Made by a program: the position numbers and the translations under genes. The notes beneath the pieces were generated by a model, which ran no database searches, was not told where the DNA came from, and was given only the letters and a program-made list of their open reading frames with translations. From an uncultured Rivularia sp. (GTDB lineage Bacteria; Cyanobacteriota; Cyanobacteriia; Cyanobacteriales; Nostocaceae), in contig OY762007.1 in the NCBI GenBank assembly GCA_963665115.1, positions 1,952,001-2,016,000 of the forward strand: a DNA stretch of 64,000 bases, in the 5' to 3' direction. This document shows, piece after piece, positions 34,736 to 44,447 of the stretch (the first letter of the stretch is position 1; each line of letters begins with the position of its first letter).

Positions 34736-35232
34736 CCACAGCCAACCAAAACTTATAATTAACTGCTCACTGTTCACTGATTACCAATTCCACATTACAG
34801 GGCTGTCGTCATGATGGCTGGTGACGGTTTTTCCGATCTCGTCTATTTGTTTTAGTTCGTCTTGAGAAAGCTTTACTTCGGCAGCTTTGGCATTTGATAT
34901 AACGTGTTCGGCAATTCGGGCACCTGCGATCGCGTTACTTTGAGGTTGGGCAATTAACCACGCTAATGATAGCTGTGCGAGGCTGCATTGATGCTTTTCA
35001 GCGATTGGGCGGAGTTTATCTAAAGCTTGTTGGGCGCGTTTCATATTTTCTCCTTTAAATAGCTGGTTATCGGCGCGATTATCACCTTCTTGAAATTTAT
35101 GGGAAGCGTCAAATTTTCCAGTTAGTAATCCTTGGGCTAGAGGTGAATAAGCCAGGATAGAAATATTATTTTCAACACAGTAAGGCGCTGCATCATTCTC
35201 GACTTTCCGCCAAAATAAAGAATAAGGTGGTT

Positions 35233-36521
35233 TTGACATACTCCTCAGCCTAAAGGCGTGAGGATTGTGGATTCAATCAGCAATCGCAAAGTCGAAACCT
35301 TGACTAACATCGCCTAGTAGACCAAGAGAAGATGCCCCTTCTCTATAAATATTTACCGCTGCTCCAATATCTCTATGCTGTTCTTTATGACATTGAGAAC
35401 AGCGCCACCATCTATCTTCTAATTTTAAATCTTTATTAACATAACCACAATTATTACAAGTTTTAGAACTAGGATACCATCTTTTTACAAAACCTACATA
35501 CTTTCCTTTTTTAGAAGCCACAAAGTTTAATACTTCTAGAAACGTTGCAAAAGCTAGGTCTGAAACCTTATGACCCCACAACCTTTTCATTCCTTCTATA
35601 TTTAGGTCTTCAAAAAACAAATGGTCACAAGTATTGCATAACTGATGTGCTAATTTCCAAAAGAAATCACGTCTTTTATGAACTATTTTCTCATGCAATT
35701 TAGCTAAATTAACTCTAGCTTTATTCCAGTTTTTAGAACCTTTTTTCTTAGAGGATAGTTTCTTGCTTAAAGCTTTTATTAGCTTGGAAGCTTTACGCAT
35801 TAATAATGGCGCATGATATTCTTGACCCATCGAGTCAGTTAAGAACACCTTCAAACCGAAGTCAAAACCCGCGTTTTTACACGTCGCGATTCCAACTGTT
35901 TCTGGTTTAAAATCAGTTACTACATAAATGTACATATCTCCTGTTGGAGATCGTTTAACTGTTAAAGTCTTAATATGACCTTCAATATCTCTTGATTTAT
36001 GAAACTTATATATGTATTTGCCTATTTTTATTTGATTGGAACCTAAAAACTTGTAGCCTGCTTGCTTAAGAGTGAAAGACTTATACTTTTTAGATTTACA
36101 GAAAGAAGGAGGACGTACACCACGTTTATGATATTTAAAAAATAGCTGATAAGCTTTATCCACTCTGTCACAAATGTTCTGTACCGATTGAGAACCTACT
36201 AATTGCCAATATTCAATTCTGTTTCTTAGTTTGGCAATATGTTTCATAAGTCTAAACTTATTCAAATGTTTTTTGTACATTGAATAATATCTTTTATGAA
36301 TTGCAATACAGTGATTGTAGATAGAAGCTGAGGCATTGATGCTACGCTTTAAATATCTGTTTCTTCTATTCTCGTATAACTTAAATTTATAAGTCTTCAC
36401 AACTTCGACCTAGTTATTACTTTTAATAATGTACCCCAACATTCTTTCGCAGAAATATAAAGTTTCATATATTAAAAATATGCCGTCCTATAAGGACGGG
36501 GCTTTAAACCCAAAATTTTCG
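35233..36521 (-). mobile_element. IS200/IS605-family element, tnpB-only (IS1341-type)
   Basis: Inserted 3' of TTAC with no target duplication; left-end hairpin preceded by AAAG; right-end hairpin ending TCAA. Confidence 0.92.
35273..36400 (-). CDS. tnpB: RNA-guided endonuclease TnpB
   Basis: KTYKFKLY N-terminus; RuvC D (GFDFG), E (FEDL), D (HRDIGAAVNI); CxxC...CxxC zinc finger. Confidence 0.93.
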   Translation of the reverse strand: MKTYKFKLYENRRNRYLKRSINASASIYNHCIAIHKRYYSMYKKHLNKFRLMKHIAKLRNRIEYWQLVGSQSVQNICDRVDKAYQLFFKYHKRGVRPPSFCKSKKYKSFTLKQAGYKFLGSNQIKIGKYIYKFHKSRDIEGHIKTLTVKRSPTGDMYIYVVTDFKPETVGIATCKNAGFDFGLKVFLTDSMGQEYHAPLLMRKASKLIKALSKKLSSKKKGSKNWNKARVNLAKLHEKIVHKRRDFFWKLAHQLCNTCDHLFFEDLNIEGMKRLWGHKVSDLAFATFLEVLNFVASKKGKYVGFVKRWYPSSKTCNNCGYVNKDLKLEDRWWRCSQCHKEQHRDIGAAVNIYREGASSLGLLGDVSQGFDFAIAD

Positions 36522-37087
36522 GTAAACTATCTATTCTGCCGTATTTTGCAGCTTCTTCTAATTGATTCCGCGAAAAATTTGATACACCGATGGCTCGGAT
36601 TTTACCTTGTTCCTTCAAATAGTTGAGGGCGTTCATTGTCTCTTCTATAGGAACAATTTCACTATTCAAAGAACCACTAGGCCAATGAATTTGGTATAAA
36701 TCGATATAGTCAGTTTTGAGATGTTTTAAAGAACGCTCGCAAGCTTCGATTACCTGTTGATATTTAAGATGATTGAGGAAAACCTTCGTAGCATATTCAA
36801 CTTTATCTCTAACATCTGATAGTGCTTCAGCAACAATTTTTTCTGAATGCCCGTTACCGTAGACTTCGGCAGTATCGATAGTAGTGATACCATTATCAAA
36901 AGCGGCTCGTATGGCTTTAACAGAATCAGCATCTTCGATTCCTACCCACCACTTTTTACCCGCTTGCCAAGTTCCCATCAGAATGGGAGTAATTTTAATA
37001 TCGGATTGACCTAAATTGCGTTTTTCCATGATTCTTCCCTGTTTTATCTATAAATAGTTTGACACGGCTTTATAGTTATTTATTTCT

Positions 37088-37696
37088 ATGAAAAAATTGC
37101 AAATGGAAATAACCACAAACCATGCACTCAAAGAATGGGCGATCGCCATTAATGCTTTAGAAACCGGAAAAACGATAATGCTGTTGCGTAAGGGTGGTAT
37201 TCACGAAAAAGGAGGAAGCTTTCGAGTTGCTCATAATCAGGTTTTACTTTACCCAACCTACGAGCATCAAAAAACTTTCATGCTCAAAGCCGATTACTCA
37301 AATCAAGTTGTTCCAATAACACCCGGTTGGCGACCTCAAAGCGTTAATATCAATAGTTACGCTCAAATTACTCATATCTTACCCGTCACCGATGAATCAA
37401 TTGTCAACGCTCTATTTCCATTCCATATCTGGAGTAAAAAATTTGTTTGCGATCGTTTTGTGTGGAAACCTCAAGAGCCCTTGTTTGTACTGCTATTACG
37501 GACATACAAACTTCCAGTACAACAAGTTGTAACCTATCATCAACGATATGGTGGATGCAAATCCTGGATTGACTTAAATGAATTAATTTTCCTGGAATCA
37601 GCAAAACCAGCTTTGTCAGAAAGTGTTTATTTGGAACTAACAACTCAAATCTGCGAGATTATTGGCGATTCTTCCTATATTTCCTCGATAAATTAG
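37088..37696 (+). CDS. DUF1802 family protein
   Basis: ALKEWA...LLRKGGIHE...LYPTYEHQ...YGGCKSWI. Confidence 0.8.
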   Translation: MKKLQMEITTNHALKEWAIAINALETGKTIMLLRKGGIHEKGGSFRVAHNQVLLYPTYEHQKTFMLKADYSNQVVPITPGWRPQSVNINSYAQITHILPVTDESIVNALFPFHIWSKKFVCDRFVWKPQEPLFVLLLRTYKLPVQQVVTYHQRYGGCKSWIDLNELIFLESAKPALSESVYLELTTQICEIIGDSSYISSIN

Positions 37697-37832
37697 AAGA
37701 ATAAAAAACCAATCTTTATTTCTATATACAAACTCAAATTTTTAATCTTAGCTGTGAAAGCCTTTATTTGTAAGAGTTCTAGAAACTCATACAATGCACT
37801 GAGTTATGAATGTCAAATTATACAATACAAAG

Positions 37833-37874
37833 GTAGCTAAAGTTACACACGCTTAGCAAAAATACATATAAAAT
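37833..37874 (+). promoter_or_regulatory. Canonical NtcA-activated promoter
   Basis: GTAgctaaagtTAC (37833-37846), exactly 22 nt, TAAAAT (37869-37874). Confidence 0.65.
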
Positions 37875-37880
37875 TGAACA

Positions 37881-37949
37881 AACGCAGACCTTTAAGATTA
37901 GTGTTTGACTTTTGTATTCCACAGACCATTTTGTCTGTGGTTAATTTTT
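37881..37949 (+). ncRNA. Candidate ~70-nt NtcA-dependent small RNA
   Basis: Lies between the NtcA promoter and a terminator CCACAGAC-CATTTT-GTCTGTGG-TTAATTTTT; no ORF. Confidence 0.5.
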
Positions 37950-38157
37950 ATATAGAGAAGACATATAAAATTTCATCTCTAAAAAAGTATCAACAAACAC
38001 GGTAGATTGTTGCCTACAAATGAAGAATGAAAATTAATTATTCTATATCTATTTGATATTTTATAACTCATTTTTCAAAAACATCCTGAAAGGGTGAGGC
38101 AATGATTGACAATTGTCTGTAATTATGCTTCATATGCAAAAATGCGAAGGAGTTTTT

Positions 38158-38412
38158 ATGAAAAGAATGTGTTGGCTATCTAAGTCTGGTCAAAACGGAG
38201 AGAAGATTTTGCACTTGCAGACAGCACCGAACGAACCCTGGCGACCATACACCGCTTTTCGACAAATCGCAGTACCAGACTACAAAATACCCGGCGGTTC
38301 CAAAGGATGGGCAACCTATCAAAAGCTATTAAAAGCAGGTTGGACATTAGTAGCCAGCGCCCGCGCCAACGAATTTTCACCATCGAACACTTCAGACGCT
38401 TCACGTAAATAA
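38158..38412 (+). CDS. Hypothetical protein
   Basis: AAGGAG RBS before ATG 38158; MCWLS...PDY...SKGWATYQKLLKAGW. Confidence 0.7.
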   Translation: MKRMCWLSKSGQNGEKILHLQTAPNEPWRPYTAFRQIAVPDYKIPGGSKGWATYQKLLKAGWTLVASARANEFSPSNTSDASRK

Positions 38413-38414
38413 AA

Positions 38415-38615
38415 ATAGGGGATAGGGCATGGGGAATTGGTAATTGGGCATTAGGAGTAGAGAGTAGTAAGTAGTAAGTAGAGAGTTAATTTAAGATTAA
38501 TTATTCTCCCCCCTCTACCCCCTCTCCCCCCTCTACCCCCTCTCCCCCCTCTCCCCCCTCTGCCCTTGTCCCCTTGTCTCTCCATGCCCAATGTCCAATG
38601 CCCAATTCCCTTCTC
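38415..38615. repeat. Mixed STRR tracts
   Basis: GGGCAT/AGTAGAG/CCCCCTCT/CCAATGC units between convergent genes. Confidence 0.8.
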
Positions 38616-38616
38616 C

Positions 38617-40392
38617 CTAAAATCCCCTGGCTTCACCTTCCCCCCTGGGATCGGCAGCACCTTCAAGAGTGCCATCTGGTTTGACAATAATTAAGTTGGA
38701 GTTGCCCCAAGGGTTGGTTTGCTTGATTTTGTGTCCCCGTCGTTTTAATTCTTGCAAAGTCATTGCATCTAATCCCCAAGGCTCAACGCGCAACGTATCG
38801 GGAAACCATTGATGATGTATGCGGGATGCAGATACTGCTGCTGATGCATCCATGTCATATTCGAGGACGTTAAGAATAATTTGTAGTACTTGGGTGATAA
38901 TGGTGCTACCACCGGGGGTACCGACAGCCATCCGCAACCTGCCGTTTTGGGTGACAATTGTGGGAGTCATGCTCGATAGGGGAGTTTTGAGAGGTGCGAT
39001 AGAATTTGCTTCGTTGCCGAGCAAGCCGAAAGCGTTGGGAACTCCTGGTGCTGCGGAAAAATCATCCATTTCATTATTAAGAACTATTCCCGTTCCCGGC
39101 GTGACTACCCCAGCACCAAAACCTAAGTTAATAGTGAATGTCAAACTCACTGCATTGTGTTGTTCGTCGATAACTGTCAGATGACTGGTTTCTGTAGACT
39201 CATAATATTTTGGATTTTGGATTTGAGATTTTGGATTGCTAGTTGCAGGTATTAAACGAGATGGTGCGTTTACACTAAATTTCTGTAACGTCTCTTTACT
39301 AACTGGCTTTACTTGAGTTGAAGGCTTCGCACGCTGCATATCAATTTGCTGACGGCGAAGTTTTGCATATTCGGGATTTATCAGTTGTTGTTGGGGAACT
39401 TTGACGAAATCAGGATCGCCCAAATATTCTGAGCGATCGGCATAAGCAATTCGCATCGCTTCCGCCATCAAGTGTATTGCGTCTGGGTGATGCCATCCTA
39501 AAGATTTTAAGTGGGTATTGCCGATAATATTTAACATCTGCAATAAATGAATGCCTCCCGATGATGGTGGTGGCATCGAACAAACTTTAGCTTTGCCAAA
39601 ATCACCGCATACTGGCTCGCGCCAAATCGGTTTGTAAGATTTCAAGTCTTCTAAAGTAATTAAGCCGTTATTTTTTGCCATATCATTGGCGATCGCACTA
39701 GCTATTTTGCCCGTATATAAACTTTGAGGATTGGCAGCTATATCTTGTAAAGTCTTTCCCAAATCTCTTTGTACAAGCTTGTCTCCCGGTTGAAAATAGT
39801 TACCGTTGCGAGTAAAGATAGCCCGTGCCTCTTGGTTGCTAGCAATCATTTTCTTGCGTCTTTTGACAGCTTGCACAAACTTGTCACTGACTAGAAAACC
39901 ATTCTTTGCCAATTTAATTGAAGGTTGAACAACTGTTTTCCAAGGTAACTTACCGCTTCGGCGGTGAACCTCATACATACCCGCCACAGTTCCCGGCGTA
40001 CCCACAGCCAAATAGCCATTTATACTTGCATTACGACGAACTTTACCGTCATCATCCAAATACATATTTTTCGTTGCTTTTAACGGAGCGCGTTCGCGAA
40101 AATCCAAAGCCTTAATTTTACGGTTTCTTGAGTCATGCATCAACAAAAAACCGCCACCACCAATTCCTGCCGAAAAAGGTTCCACCACCGAAATTGCAAA
40201 AGTCGTCGCTACGGCAGCATCAATAGCATTACCTCCTTTTTTTAACATTTCTAACCCTGCATCGCTAGCTAAAGGATGGGCTGAAACTACTATTGCTCTT
40301 TTTCCACGCAAAGGTTGCCTAAAAGCGGCACTAGCAATTTGAGTGTAAAAAACAACGCTTAATAAAATGATTGAGCGAGATAAAATACGCAT
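38617..40392 (-). CDS. ggt: Gamma-glutamyltransferase
   Basis: GGNAIDAA, DFRE, ETSHL (autocleavage Thr), NNEMDDF, PLSSMTP, GTPGG, ADPR. Confidence 0.95.
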   Translation of the reverse strand: MRILSRSIILLSVVFYTQIASAAFRQPLRGKRAIVVSAHPLASDAGLEMLKKGGNAIDAAVATTFAISVVEPFSAGIGGGGFLLMHDSRNRKIKALDFRERAPLKATKNMYLDDDGKVRRNASINGYLAVGTPGTVAGMYEVHRRSGKLPWKTVVQPSIKLAKNGFLVSDKFVQAVKRRKKMIASNQEARAIFTRNGNYFQPGDKLVQRDLGKTLQDIAANPQSLYTGKIASAIANDMAKNNGLITLEDLKSYKPIWREPVCGDFGKAKVCSMPPPSSGGIHLLQMLNIIGNTHLKSLGWHHPDAIHLMAEAMRIAYADRSEYLGDPDFVKVPQQQLINPEYAKLRRQQIDMQRAKPSTQVKPVSKETLQKFSVNAPSRLIPATSNPKSQIQNPKYYESTETSHLTVIDEQHNAVSLTFTINLGFGAGVVTPGTGIVLNNEMDDFSAAPGVPNAFGLLGNEANSIAPLKTPLSSMTPTIVTQNGRLRMAVGTPGGSTIITQVLQIILNVLEYDMDASAAVSASRIHHQWFPDTLRVEPWGLDAMTLQELKRRGHKIKQTNPWGNSNLIIVKPDGTLEGAADPRGEGEARGF

Positions 40393-40670
40393 ATGTTTTT
40401 GTTATAAAATAGGTAAGAAAACTTATATCATGAAGCAAGCACGTTTGTATTTTAAGATTTGTAGTTATAGATGAAAAGTTAAAACAATTCAAAATTATCA
40501 ATTAAAAATTCAAAAATTACCATTACTTGAAGTCTAAGGCTTGAAGCGGCATAATAATTCTTTTATCTTTTTCTCCTTAAAAGGAGAGGTTTGTATCCCT
40601 AATTCAAAATTAAAATAGAGTTTATTTTTTATTTTGCACTTTGCATTTTGAATTCAAAAAAAAAGGTTAA

Positions 40671-40970
40671 TCGGCAGAATCGCAGTTTGTCAGACAACTC
40701 GATCGATTAGAAATGGCTTTACAAGCTAGCGTTTACGAGCACCAAGGCAATCAAGATTTATCGATATTTTTTGCTTCTGCGAATCGTAGTTTATCTTCGG
40801 TAGAATTGAAACTTATACAGCATATTTCATCTCTGTAAGGTACATTCGGACGGGCAGGGATGCCCATCCCACAAGAGTTTTGTAATATGAGGCTGTACCT
40901 CACTTATTTGCAAAGTGCTGTATTAAGTAAATTGGAAGAATTGAGGGATAATCCAAAGTCTAAAATCTAA
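40671..40970 (+). pseudogene. C-terminal remnant of an HD-domain protein, interrupted by a MITE
   Basis: ESQFVRQLDRLEMALQASVYE...LKLI[MITE]LSKLEELR; no N-terminus. Confidence 0.6.
40818..40920. mobile_element. 103-bp MITE with TA target duplication (family A, copy 2)
   Basis: TA|CAGCA...TGCTG|TA. Removing it plus one TA restores CTT ATA TTA AGT in frame. Confidence 0.85.
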
Positions 40971-40988
40971 GATTGAGTTGACGTTGCA

Positions 40989-41099
40989 GATTTACGTATC
41001 GCAGAGCAGTTATTAGAAAAAGGAATTTCTAAATCTAATATTGTATTAGGATTTCATTCACCCATCAAAAGACCCGATACGGGTTTTGCTCTATTTTAA
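40989..41099 (+). pseudogene. C-terminal remnant of a XisI-family protein
   Basis: DLRIAEQLLEKGISKSNIVLGFHSPIKRPDTGFA matches the XisI C-terminus; start is missing. Confidence 0.7.
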
Positions 41100-41158
41100 T
41101 TAATACGATTTACGGTTAATTACCAACCCCCAATCATTTAGGGGGTTTTTGACAATAG

Positions 41159-41350
41159 CTAATAATGAACACCCTTATAAGAACTACGACGACCGCTACC
41201 ACGATGGTCTTTTTGCCTCCTTGGATAGTTTTTTTGTGTTTGCTTGTAAGTATCCAACTTATTCTTTGATTGAAATATAGAATTTTGGTTAAACGAAGGT
41301 GACGCTACTGAAATCAATAGCGGCAAAACCAAGTATAAAATTTTCATCAC
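41159..41350 (-). CDS. Small secreted peptide with HRGSGRR motif (PatX-like)
   Basis: 63 aa, hydrophobic N-terminus, C-terminal HRGSGRR; terminator-like hairpin at 41124-41148. Confidence 0.6.
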   Translation of the reverse strand: MMKILYLVLPLLISVASPSFNQNSIFQSKNKLDTYKQTQKNYPRRQKDHRGSGRRSSYKGVHY

Positions 41351-41576
41351 CTTTGAGTTTAGTTAGGGGGAATTTGCTATTAACTCAAAAACCTACATCC
41401 CTTTCCATCTCAATTACAAGTCAAATAGAATACATAGTATTTTTAGTTACTGAGAACAAATAACTTTTTCATAGATTTTATGTTTTCGATAAGAGTTAAA
41501 TGTGAATAAAAATATATAGTGAATTTTGGTTGAGCCGAGCAAGGAGTAGGAAGTAGAGAGAAAAGGATATAGGATA

Positions 41577-41700
41577 AGCTGTTACGCACTTAATTTGTAT
41601 AATACCCTTCGTGCAAGATGCTCGCACTACAATACTTTCACTTTTATGTCCTTCGGACACGCTGCGCTAATGCATTATATAATTTAGCTGCACATCAGCT
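41577..41700. mobile_element. 124-bp MITE with TA target duplication (AGCTG...CAGCT ends)
   Basis: TA|AGCTGTTACGCA...TGCACATCAGCT|TA; carries GCAAGATGCTCGCACTAC and GTCCTTCGGAC repeats. Confidence 0.65.
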
Positions 41701-41760
41701 TAGAAGTCTTTGCACAAATACTCCAATAATAAGTAACTATCCAACCATAACTTCTAACTC

Positions 41761-42666
41761 CTAACTACTTAACTTTTTAATCTGCTTGAGTGCCTCTTGA
41801 TAGTCTTTCTGATTTCCCTGCTGCTGATAAAGATTTGCTGCTTGTTTAAAATCTGTAATTGCTTGGAGTTTATTCCCCAGTTTTTCATGGACGAAACCTC
41901 GATTGTAGTAGGCTAAGGTGTTTTGGGAATCTATTTCGAGTATTCGGGTAAAATCGACAATTGCTTTTTGATAGTCTTTTAATTCGGTATAAACAAAACC
42001 TCGATTATTAAAAGCATTAGTATTTTGAGGATTAAGTATAATGGCTTGGTTAAAATCGGCTATAGCTTTTTGATTATCCTTTAATTCGTTGTGAGCATTG
42101 CCACGGTTGTTATAAGCTGTATCATATTTAGGATCTAGCTTAATAGCTTGGTCGTAATCGTTCATAGCCTTTTGATAATCATCTAAACTAAGATATACAA
42201 GACCCCGGTTGCTATAAGCTGTAGCCAATTTGGAATTGATTTTGATTGCTTCGTTGAAATCGGCGATCGCACTATTATAATCTTTGAGATAATAATACAC
42301 TAAACCTCTGTTGTTAAAGGCTCCTGCATATTTAGGATTGATTTTAATTGCTTTGCTGTAATCGGAAATTGCTTGTTTATAATTCTTTGATTTTCGATTT
42401 GCTAAGCCACGAGAATTGTAAGCTTCTGTAAAATTGGGATTAAGCTCTATCGCCTTGTTATAACTGTTAATTGCTCCTTTTAAGTCACCTTGTTGAACTT
42501 TATCTTCAGCTTGATTGAAGTAGTCTTTTGCTTTAGAAAGAGTTTGGCTATGGCTGGTTTTAGCTAATAAAGAGTTTTTTATGGCGAAATTTTGAGTTGT
42601 GCTACAGCTAATTGTAGAAATGGATAGCAGTAGTACCGCTATAAATAAGGACTTTTGGGATTTCAT
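41761..42666 (-). CDS. TPR-repeat lipoprotein
   Basis: Signal peptide with Cys; about 7 TPRs (AYNNRG...AIADFNQAI). Confidence 0.9.
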   Translation of the reverse strand: MKSQKSLFIAVLLLSISTISCSTTQNFAIKNSLLAKTSHSQTLSKAKDYFNQAEDKVQQGDLKGAINSYNKAIELNPNFTEAYNSRGLANRKSKNYKQAISDYSKAIKINPKYAGAFNNRGLVYYYLKDYNSAIADFNEAIKINSKLATAYSNRGLVYLSLDDYQKAMNDYDQAIKLDPKYDTAYNNRGNAHNELKDNQKAIADFNQAIILNPQNTNAFNNRGFVYTELKDYQKAIVDFTRILEIDSQNTLAYYNRGFVHEKLGNKLQAITDFKQAANLYQQQGNQKDYQEALKQIKKLSS

Positions 42667-43300
42667 CTTATATTAATTTGTTGTCTTATTTCTGTTACTT
42701 TTTTAAATCTTTTGCATTACCTGAAAATATAAGTAAAATCGAGAATGCTGCGGGTGATGCAATGTTTTCATATTCGTACACCGCAAATAATTTTAGTCAA
42801 AAGCAAAGATAAAATTAGATTCTTTTTTATATCAGTGCCCTTATTCTATTTTACTGTTTATTTATACAATAATGAGGATATAATTACGTATTAATTTTAA
42901 ATTTTAAATATATTTTATCTGTTTAAAATGTTTTAATTGCGTTGTTTGCTGATAAAAACAGTCAAATCAAAGTATAAAAAACAACCTTTATGCTTTTAAG
43001 GTAGAAAAATACAGATTTTCGGCTTTACTTCCTTTTATCCTCCTATCTCGACTTTGTTGTTTCTGCAAACAAGCGAATTCGGAATATATCAGCAGATAGT
43101 AGTGGTATTTTCAAACAATTTGCAGTATCGTTCATTTCCAAACCTGCTTTTTTCAGGTTAATTTTTAATTTACTGGTTATTCTTTGACAAAGTTTTTGAA
43201 ATAGTAATTTGATCGGCGATTAAAAGTAGACAGCGAACAATAGATTGAAGTTAAAAAAGTTAAAATCACTTTTATTCTTAACTACAAACTCTTTAAAAAT

Positions 43301-44155
43301 ATGCAAAGCGTTGTCGTCACGGGCGTTTCCACAGGTATCGGTTGGGGTACGCTGAAAGTACTAACCAGTAAAGGAATTCACGTATTTGGTAGCGTTCGTA
43401 AATCCGAAGATGCACAACGTTTAACTGACGAATTTGGCGATCGCTTTACACCTTTAATATTCGACGTTACGAATGAACAATCTGTACGTGAAGCTGCGGC
43501 TAAAGTTAGCAATCAAATCAATGGAAATAACTTACTTGGTTTGATAAATAACGCCGGTATTGCAAAAGGTGGCCCTTTAATGCATCAACCGATTGCGGAA
43601 TTTAGCAAACAAATCGAAGTCAATTTAATTGGGCAGCTAATTGTTACTCAAGCTTTCTTGCCTTTATTGGGAACCAATTCCACTTTTAAAGGTAAACCGG
43701 GAAGAATTATTAATGTAAGTTCCGTTGGTGGCAAAATTGCATCGCCATTTTTAGGTGCTTATAGTGCATCAAAGTTTGCATTAGAAGGATTTTCTGAAGC
43801 GTTACGGCGCGAGCTTATACTCTACGGAATAGATGTAATTATAATCGGACCAGGTTCGGTAGTCACACCAATTTGGGACAAAGCCGAACAAATGGATGTT
43901 TCTGCATACGAAAATACCGAATTTGCAGCTTCAAGTAAGAAGTTTTTAGACTATGCCTTAGAAAAAGGACGTTCGGGTTATTCAGCAGAAGCAGTAGGAA
44001 ATTTGATTTTGAAAGCTTTGACAGTTGCAAAACCTAAAGTACGCTATCCCATTGTGCCAAACCATTTATTTGATTGGGCGATCGCCAGATTACTTCCCAA
44101 AAGAGTCCTTGATAATATCCTTGCAAAGGAATTTGGGTTGAACAGTAAACAGTGA
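43301..44155 (+). CDS. Short-chain dehydrogenase/reductase
   Basis: TGVSTGIG, NNAG, YSASK. Confidence 0.92.
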   Translation: MQSVVVTGVSTGIGWGTLKVLTSKGIHVFGSVRKSEDAQRLTDEFGDRFTPLIFDVTNEQSVREAAAKVSNQINGNNLLGLINNAGIAKGGPLMHQPIAEFSKQIEVNLIGQLIVTQAFLPLLGTNSTFKGKPGRIINVSSVGGKIASPFLGAYSASKFALEGFSEALRRELILYGIDVIIIGPGSVVTPIWDKAEQMDVSAYENTEFAASSKKFLDYALEKGRSGYSAEAVGNLILKALTVAKPKVRYPIVPNHLFDWAIARLLPKRVLDNILAKEFGLNSKQ

Positions 44156-44244
44156 ACAGTCTGTTTTTCATCAACTTTTTATAAAAAGAAAAGCAATTTA
44201 CCGAGATATCGGGCAATATACTTAAGGCATATTTTTTAAATACA

Positions 44245-44385
44245 ATGATATTCTTTCAAGTAATAATGCCCGTGATTATTGGAACATCAATAGTTTCGCT
44301 GCAACCTTTCTCAGCAAAAGCTTTATGCTCCGTAGAAGTAGGAAAAATTGCTGAAGGTATTACTCTTTCAAACCCTATTAATTGA
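44245..44385 (+). pseudogene. N-terminal remnant of a secreted protease/TPR-type protein
   Basis: Signal-like sequence then AKALCSVEVGKIAEGIT, ending early. Confidence 0.35.
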
Positions 44386-44447
44386 TTACAAAGATAATTC
44401 TGGAAACGGTTGGGGGTAGTTATAAAAATTAGGTCAATTTAGTATGG

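Larger units (their letters stand above)
34781..37029 (-). pseudogene. Aldo/keto reductase split by an IS200/IS605 element
   Basis: N-half (DTAEVYG, IDLYQIHWP, GVSNF) and C-half (PPYSL, AYSPLAQG) rejoin as IDSL-Q-PPYSL when 35233-36521 is removed. Confidence 0.92.

Noticed and set aside
35233..36521. IStron (group I intron-IS hybrid) or nuclease-dead TnpB regulator
   Set aside because: Only ~120 nt lie between the left end and tnpB, too short for an intron core, and the RuvC D-E-D residues are intact.
40989..41099. Heterocyst excision element (fdxN-type)
   Set aside because: Only a XisI C-terminal fragment; no xisH, no recombinase and no interrupted nif gene.
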